This document shows positions 1 to 7,865 of a stretch of DNA of 10,801 bases, piece after piece. The translations under genes and the position numbers were made by a program. The stretch lies in contig CAWAXX010000010.1 in NCBI GenBank assembly GCA_963786105.1, positions 1 to 10,801 on the forward strand. The letters are read 5' to 3'. The DNA is from Vulcanimicrobiota bacterium (GTDB lineage Bacteria > Vulcanimicrobiota > Vulcanimicrobiia > Vulcanimicrobiales > Vulcanimicrobiaceae). Every line of letters begins with the position of its first letter. Positions within the stretch are counted from its first letter, which is position 1. The notes under the pieces were generated by a model. That model had not been told where the DNA came from and did not search any database. It was given only the letters and a program-made list of their open reading frames with translations.

Positions 1-46
1 AACCCAACGAAACTGCGGGCCGCGCGCCGGGATCCGCCTGGTCGCC

Positions 47-595
47 TTACTGCCGGATGGTCAGATCGGTTGGGGACTGCAGAAGCGTCTTCGCGCCGGT
101 TATGACCGCTTGCGGCTTCACGTTACCGTCCGCCCCGTGCGGGAAGACGCGGATCTCTTTGCTGAGGAGGTTTCCAACGTAGAGATATCCGTGCGAATCG
201 ACCGCAACTCCGATCGGAAATACGAGCTGCGTATTATCGCCCGCAATCTGACCGTCGGTTTTGCGTTACCCTGCGCGCCGGCCGCGAAAATCGCCACGCT
301 CTTGCCGTTGACGGATGCATAGATGTGATCAGACGTATCGAGCGCGACGTTGTCGGCATGAACGATGCCGGTCTTCTTACCGCCGATCGTCGTCGTTGGG
401 GCGGCGTTGCCTTTGGCATCGATGGAAAACTCCAGGATATTGCTGCCGCTGAAGTTGCCGACGATGATGGCCGGGTCGAGGCTACGGCGGACGCGCCTGC
501 GCTGCGCCGGCGCCTGGCGCACAGCCGGTGCCGCAAACGGTACCGGCGAAGCCGCCGTCCCTGCGTGGCAGCTCGAATCCGATTCCTAAGGCCAT
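47..595 (-). pseudogene. NHL-repeat/beta-propeller-like putative lipoprotein with three ~45-aa repeats, interrupted by two frameshifts (near 575-579 and near 250-256); pseudogene or sequencing error
   Basis: Track ORF 118..522 reads as repeats up to ...AAGAQGNAKPT and then loses protein character. My manual translation in another frame continues QIAGDNTQLVFPIGVAVDSHGYLYVGNLLSKEIRVFPHGADGNVKPQAVITGAKTLLQSPTDLTIRQ* (TAA at 49-47). The motif F-x(2)-[DG]-A-x-GN-x(2)-P-x(3)-I-x-G-x(2)-T recurs three times. Upstream, ATG at 595 gives MALGIG and a frame switch gives SSCHAGTAASP, a lipobox-like Cys. The 5' end is uncertain. Confidence 0.65.
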
Positions 596-706
596 AAGTC
601 GGCCCTTAAGACTCGCCCGGAGGCTGTGGCGGCGGGCTCGGTTGCCCGCTTGTCACTCGTGGCCGGGCGTCGCATCCGACCCAGCGGAGCCGTTATGGTC
701 GTTCGG

Positions 707-738
707 CTCTCCACATATGTGGACAAGCCTGTGGAGAA
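707..738. promoter_or_regulatory. Cluster of three DnaA boxes
   Basis: CTCTCCACA at 707-715 (2 mismatches to TTATCCACA), TGTGGACAA at 718-726 (reverse complement TTGTCCACA, 1 mismatch) and TGTGGAGAA at 730-738 (reverse complement TTCTCCACA, 1 mismatch). The first two form the perfect palindrome TCCACATATGTGGA at 710-723. Confidence 0.8.
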
Positions 739-866
739 GGTGCGGCGCGCACCCGCCGCATCGCCCCCGGAACGTATGCGGGGTATACGAATTTGAGCCA
801 TCGAAAACGCGTCGATTCTGCGGTTCATAAAACGCGAAAAAGCTGGAAACTTCGTTGGTGGCCTCC

Positions 867-895
867 TGTGGATAAGTGCATAAGGTCGTGCATAG
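867..895 (-). promoter_or_regulatory. Perfect DnaA box plus two degenerate tandem boxes upstream of dnaA (origin part and/or dnaA autoregulation)
   Basis: TGTGGATAA at 867-875 is the exact reverse complement of TTATCCACA. It is followed in the same orientation by AGTGCATAA (875-883) and CGTGCATAG (887-895), about 100 bp before the dnaA start. Confidence 0.8.
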
Positions 896-988
896 ATTCC
901 GCAGGAGCGCCGCTTCATTAAGCCAAGAGTTTGCGCCCTCCCGGGGCTGGGGCAGCCCAACTTCTCGGATTTATAGAGGATGCAGAAG

Positions 989-2347
989 ATGGCGCTTGCA
1001 CTCGGCAATTCCGACGTCTCGAACGAACTGTGGCAGTCGGCGTTGGGGATCCTCGAACGCAATTTTTCCAAGCCCGTCTTCGAGATGTGGATCAAGCCGA
1101 TGCGTTTCGTCGGCTTTCGCGGCAACGAACTACATCTTGCCGTTCATAGCAAATTCGCGCGCGAGTGGGTCGGCACCAAACTGCAATCTCAGATTATCGA
1201 CGTATTAAGGGAAATTTTCGGTTCCCAGTTGGAGTTGCGACTGTCGGTCGCAGAACCCGCCGAATCCGCAAACGCCGCCGCGGGCGCTGCGGCCGTCGCC
1301 CGAGCCCCCGAAGATCTCCGTACCGCGAATCTCAACGTTCGTTATACGTTCGAAGAATTCGTGGTTGGGAATTCGAACCGCTTCGCTCACGCCGCGTCGC
1401 AAGCGGTCGCCAGCGCCCCGGCACGCGCCTACAACCCCCTTTTCCTCTACGGCGGCGTCGGTTTGGGCAAGACCCATCTCATGCATGCGATCGGCCATCG
1501 TGTAATGCTCGACAACCCCAGCGCCAACGTCGTCTATCTCACGTGCGAAAAGTTCACGAACGAATTCATTATCGCGTTGCAGAATAACCGGACGCCCGAA
1601 TTCCGTAACCGGTACCGGCAAGTCGACGTATTGTTAATCGACGACATCCAGTTCCTCGCCGGTAAGGAAACCACGCAAGAGGAGTTTTTCCATACGTTCA
1701 ACGCTCTGCACGAGTCGGGGCGCCAGTTGATCATTTCGTCCGACCGTCCGCCTAAAGAGATTCAGACGCTCGAGTCGAGGTTGCGCTCGCGATTCGAATG
1801 GGGACTGTTAACCGACATTCAAGCTCCCGATCTCGAGACGCGCGAAGCGATTTTACGCAAGAAGGCCGAGAGCGAAAAGATCCCGGTACCCGACGAGGTG
1901 ACCTCGTTCATCGCCAAAGTGATTCCGTCGAACATCCGCGAGCTGGAGGGCGCGCTCATTCGGGTCGTAGCGTACGCATCGCTCACCCGATCGCCGATCA
2001 CGATCGACCTGGCGGCGGAAGTGCTGAAAAGCGCCGTTGCGAACGCTCCGCTGCAGCGCATCACCATCGGCAAGATCAAGGAGACCGTCGCCGGCGCCCA
2101 CGGGCTCACGGTCAAAGAAATGGACAACGGCAGGCGCGACCAGCGTTTGGCGGCGCCGCGCCAGATCGCGATGTACGTCGCCACCGAACTCACCAATTAC
2201 TCGCTGCCCCAGATTGCCCGCGAGTTCGGTAAGAAGGACCACACCACGGTGATGTACGCGCGCGACAAAATTAAGGACCAAATGCAGCGCGACGAAGCCT
2301 ATCGCAATAAGATTCGCCAGCTTATCGCGATGTGCCAAAATCCGTAG
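989..2347 (+). CDS. dnaA: Chromosomal replication initiator protein DnaA
   Basis: YTFEEFVVGNSNRFAHAA, YNPLFLYGGVGLGKTHL (Walker A), LLIDDIQF (Walker B), QEEFFHTFN, RLRSRFEWGL, NIRELEGAL and domain IV PRQIAMY...DHTTV. The ATG at 989 has AGAGGA (975-980) at SD spacing; the track's ATG at 980 is an in-frame alternative. Confidence 0.99.
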   Translation: MALALGNSDVSNELWQSALGILERNFSKPVFEMWIKPMRFVGFRGNELHLAVHSKFAREWVGTKLQSQIIDVLREIFGSQLELRLSVAEPAESANAAAGAAAVARAPEDLRTANLNVRYTFEEFVVGNSNRFAHAASQAVASAPARAYNPLFLYGGVGLGKTHLMHAIGHRVMLDNPSANVVYLTCEKFTNEFIIALQNNRTPEFRNRYRQVDVLLIDDIQFLAGKETTQEEFFHTFNALHESGRQLIISSDRPPKEIQTLESRLRSRFEWGLLTDIQAPDLETREAILRKKAESEKIPVPDEVTSFIAKVIPSNIRELEGALIRVVAYASLTRSPITIDLAAEVLKSAVANAPLQRITIGKIKETVAGAHGLTVKEMDNGRRDQRLAAPRQIAMYVATELTNYSLPQIAREFGKKDHTTVMYARDKIKDQMQRDEAYRNKIRQLIAMCQNP

Positions 2348-2614
2348 CGCCGCCGCTCGAGCCGGGGGCTCGTTCCCCACTAATCACACGCTTGCGCACA
2401 GGGCGGCTCCGCCCACAGGGATAAGTCTCCTCCAACGTTCATGGAGTGGAAATGTGTATCCCACGCGGCGCCTAGTCCACACGTTATTCTCGGCGGAATG
2501 CCGCACCGCCGCAAGCAAATGGGCACTTCTTCGCAGAATGCACCGCCCTACTGCTGTTACGGCTTTATGTATATCTTTACTACGAAAAAGCGCTCCGCTG
2601 TAGAACGGTAGAAA
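2348..2614. other. oriC: oriC unwinding region between dnaA and dnaN: degenerate DnaA boxes, GC clamp, DnaA-trios and AT-rich DUE
   Basis: 267-bp non-coding gap with box-like 9-mers TTGCGCACA (2392-2400), TAGTCCACA (2473-2481), TTATTCTCG (2484-2492), TTCTTCGCA (2527-2535) and GAATGCACC (2536-2544). These are followed by GCC (2545-2547), the trinucleotide run CTA CTG CTG TTA (2548-2559) and the AT-rich tract TTTATGTATATCTTTACTACGAAAAA (2564-2589). Confidence 0.8.
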
Positions 2615-3730
2615 ATGAAGTTCACCTGTAACACGAAAGACATCTCTGCAGCCGTCGGGGCAGCCAGCAAGGTGGTCAACGCCCATACGACGGTCCCGAT
2701 TCTTTCCAACGTGCTCTTGCAAGCCGACGATGGCATGATTGCGGTTCGCGCCACCGATCTCGAACTGACCTTCGAGCACGCATTCCCAGCGGAGATCGGC
2801 GAGGGCGGGGCGGTAACGATTCCCGCCAAGCTCTTCTCGAGCTATCTCGGGAACCTGCCATCAGGGACGCTAGAGCTCACCGGCACCCCTACGCGAGCCA
2901 GCGTCAAGTGCGAGCGGAGCAACTACGATTTTCACGCGCTTCCTGCCGACGAGTATCCGCCGCTTCCGGCTGCGACCCGCGGCTCGCACTTCACCATTCC
3001 GGCCAAGAAGTTCCGCGACGGCATCGACGGGACGATCTTTGCCGCCTCGAACGAGGAGGCGCGCGGCGCCGTGTTGATGGGAACGTTGCTGGAAATCGAA
3101 GGCGACGCGCTGACGATGGTGGCGACCGACGGATACCGGCTAGCCAAGTTCGTAACGACGCTCGACGACGGTATCTCGGGAAGCGAAAAATACATCGTGC
3201 CGTCGCGCGCCCTGGCAGAGGTTTCGCGCAACCTTGGTGGCGGTGAGACGATTTCGGTGAGCGCCCTCGGAGCGCAGAGCAACCAGTTGCAAATCACCGC
3301 CGGCAACGTTTCTATAACCGTTCGGTTGGTGGACGGACAGTATCCCAACTACCAGCAGGTCATTCCGGCGAAATTCGATCGGACGATGACCGTCAATACC
3401 GCGTCGCTGATCGGCAGCCTCCGGCGCGCCGAACTGGTAGCCGGCGACCGCGCCAGCATGGTGAAGCTCGCCATCGCTAATCAAACGCTCGTAGTCACCG
3501 CCAACTCCGACATTTCGGGTACCGCATACGAAGAGCTTGAGATCGAGCAGACGGGTGAAGACCTCACGATCGCGTTCAACGCACGCTATCTGGTGGAAAT
3601 CCTCAACCATGTGAAGAGCGACAAAGCGGTAGTCGAGTTTCTCGGGCCGCTCTCACCGGCGGCGATCCGCCCGCTCGAGCCGCTCGAATCGGGTCGGCAG
3701 TTGTACGTGCTCATGCCGTTGCGGCAATGA
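2615..3730 (+). CDS. dnaN: DNA polymerase III subunit beta (sliding clamp)
   Basis: 371 aa. Motifs PILSNVLL, ATDLE, EYPPLP, VATDGYRLA, RLVDGQYPNYQQVIP, IAFNARYL and C-terminal YVLMPLR. Lies directly downstream of dnaA. Confidence 0.99.
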   Translation: MKFTCNTKDISAAVGAASKVVNAHTTVPILSNVLLQADDGMIAVRATDLELTFEHAFPAEIGEGGAVTIPAKLFSSYLGNLPSGTLELTGTPTRASVKCERSNYDFHALPADEYPPLPAATRGSHFTIPAKKFRDGIDGTIFAASNEEARGAVLMGTLLEIEGDALTMVATDGYRLAKFVTTLDDGISGSEKYIVPSRALAEVSRNLGGGETISVSALGAQSNQLQITAGNVSITVRLVDGQYPNYQQVIPAKFDRTMTVNTASLIGSLRRAELVAGDRASMVKLAIANQTLVVTANSDISGTAYEELEIEQTGEDLTIAFNARYLVEILNHVKSDKAVVEFLGPLSPAAIRPLEPLESGRQLYVLMPLRQ

Positions 3731-3793
3731 TGTGCCGCGCTTCGTTGAGCGAGGGCGTGGAGCGGTAGCCAAGCGCCGCAGTCGACGTGGCTC

Positions 3794-4902
3794 GTGCAGT
3801 TAACGCGCCTCGCGCTTTCGCACTTTCGTAACTATGCGGAGCTCGAGATCGAACCTGCGCAGGGTTTAAACGTTTTCGTCGGCCCTAACGCACAAGGTAA
3901 AAGCAACCTCTTGGAAGCGATCGCGATGCTCGGCACCGGAAAGTCTTTTCGGACGAGCAAAGATGCCGATACCGTCGGGTATGGTGCGGACGTCGCGGTA
4001 ATCGGCGGGGAGGCTCGGGTGCGCGCCGGCTCGGTACACCTAGCGTGCACGGTCGCCAAAGGCCACGCCGGCACGCGCAAGGCGTATACGCTCAACGGCC
4101 ACGGCGTTCGGTATTCGAATTTCCTAGGCAAGCTTCGGGTCGTAACCTTCGTGCCGGCCGATCTGTACCTCGCCGGCGGCCCGCCGAGCCTGCGCCGAGC
4201 GTTCCTCAACGTGGCGCTGTCCCAAGAGGAGCCCCGTTACTACCGCGAGCTCGTTCGGTATCGCAAAGCGCTACAACAGAAGAACGCCTTACTGCGGGCG
4301 ACGGCACCGCCGGATCCCGAACTGTTGGCGATTTACGATCGCGAACTGGTCGAAGCCGGCACGCATATCGTGCTCGCGCGCGACCGCTTCGTGGCGGCTA
4401 TTGCCGAGGCGGCGCGTGCGGCGCACGCAAGGTTTACGCACGGCAGCGAACGACTCGACGTCGGGTACGAATCGAACATCGTCTTCGAAGCGCCGGATCC
4501 GCAAGCGGTCGCGACGGCGTTCGAGGCCCGGCTGCTGCACGTTGCCGAGTCGGAACGCGCGCGCAAAGCGGCCGTCGCCGGGCCGCACCGCGACGACCTG
4601 AGCCTCGCGCTCGACGGCCACTCGCTGTCGGCCTACGCTTCGCAAGGGCAGCAGCGCACCGCCGTGCTGGCGCTCAAAGTCGCCGAATACGTGGTGTTGC
4701 GCGAACGCTCGCTAGAAGCGCCGCTGCTCCTGCTCGACGACGTGCTATCGGAACTCGACGAAGAACGCGCGGGCGCTTTCCTTGCCGGCGTGGGCGACTA
4801 CGAGCAGGCCTTCGTCACCGCCACGCAAATGCCGGGCACGCTGCCGGAACGCGCTCGAACGTACGTCGTACGCGACGCACACGTCGATGCCGGAGTCGCG
4901 AC

Positions 4903-4909
<7 letters not shown>
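3794..4909 (+). CDS. recF: DNA replication/repair protein RecF
   Basis: 371 aa, GTG start. FRNY, Walker A GPNAQGKSNLLEAI, SFRT, RRAFL, GPHRDDL, signature SQGQQRT and Walker B/D-loop LLLDDVLSELD. Confidence 0.98.
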
Positions 4910-7657
<2,748 letters not shown>

Positions 7658-7664
7658 GTCGTTG

Positions 7665-7803
7665 GCTTTGTCATCCTGAGCGGAGCGAGCGTACGCGAGC
7701 GTAGTCGAAGGACGAAGGACGAAGGGCGATTTGTCGGGTCCTTCGACTGCGGCGCTTCGCGCCTCCGCTCAGGATGACAAAGCTCGCTCCGCACAGGATG
7801 ACA
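7665..7803. repeat. Palindromic REP-like/MITE-like element (TGTCATCCTGAGCG...CGCTCAGGATGACA type) with a duplicated right arm
   Basis: Perfect 21-bp inverted repeat GCTTTGTCATCCTGAGCGGAG (7665-7685) / CTCCGCTCAGGATGACAAAGC (7763-7783). Inner inverted repeat AGTCGAAGGAC (7703-7713) / GTCCTTCGACT (7738-7748). A second right arm at 7782-7803 is complementary to 7669-7690 at 21 of 22 positions. Confidence 0.9.
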
Positions 7804-7865
7804 TTATCTCGTTAATCCAATCGTAAGGCCGGTACTGCAGGGGCTCGATTGCGGTCGAGGGGTAT

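Noticed and set aside
944..958. Hairpin GGGCTG-GGG-CAGCCC in the dnaA leader
   Set aside because: A 6-bp GC stem is expected by chance at this GC content. It does not cover the SD and has no U-tract.
586..1125. 179-aa minus-strand ORF in frame with the repeat gene across a TAG at 588-586 (possible readthrough)
   Set aside because: It overlaps the dnaA start and the DnaA-box clusters and does not look protein-like. The MALGIG/SSC frameshift reading explains the N-terminus better.
3727..3768. 13-codon mini-ORF MMCRASLSEGVER overlapping the dnaN stop (ATGA)
   Set aside because: Too short to support and unlike the S4-domain YaaA found here in Bacillota. It would need conservation or Ribo-seq evidence.
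3759..3775. GGAGCGGTAGCCAAGCG resembles a tRNA 5' end
   Set aside because: There is no anticodon arm, TTC-containing T-loop or complementary 3' acceptor strand, and recF starts 19 nt later.
4045..4902. N-terminal 286 codons of the 574-aa track ORF 4045..5769
   Set aside because: An Arg/Ala/Gly-rich alternative frame inside recF, as expected in GC-rich DNA. Protein-like sequence and an SD begin only at GTG 4903.
7665..7803. Repeat element read as a CRISPR array, tRNA or intrinsic terminator
   Set aside because: The repeats are inverted with no regular unique spacers, there are no tRNA consensus loops or CCA end, and no poly-U tract follows the stem on the + strand.
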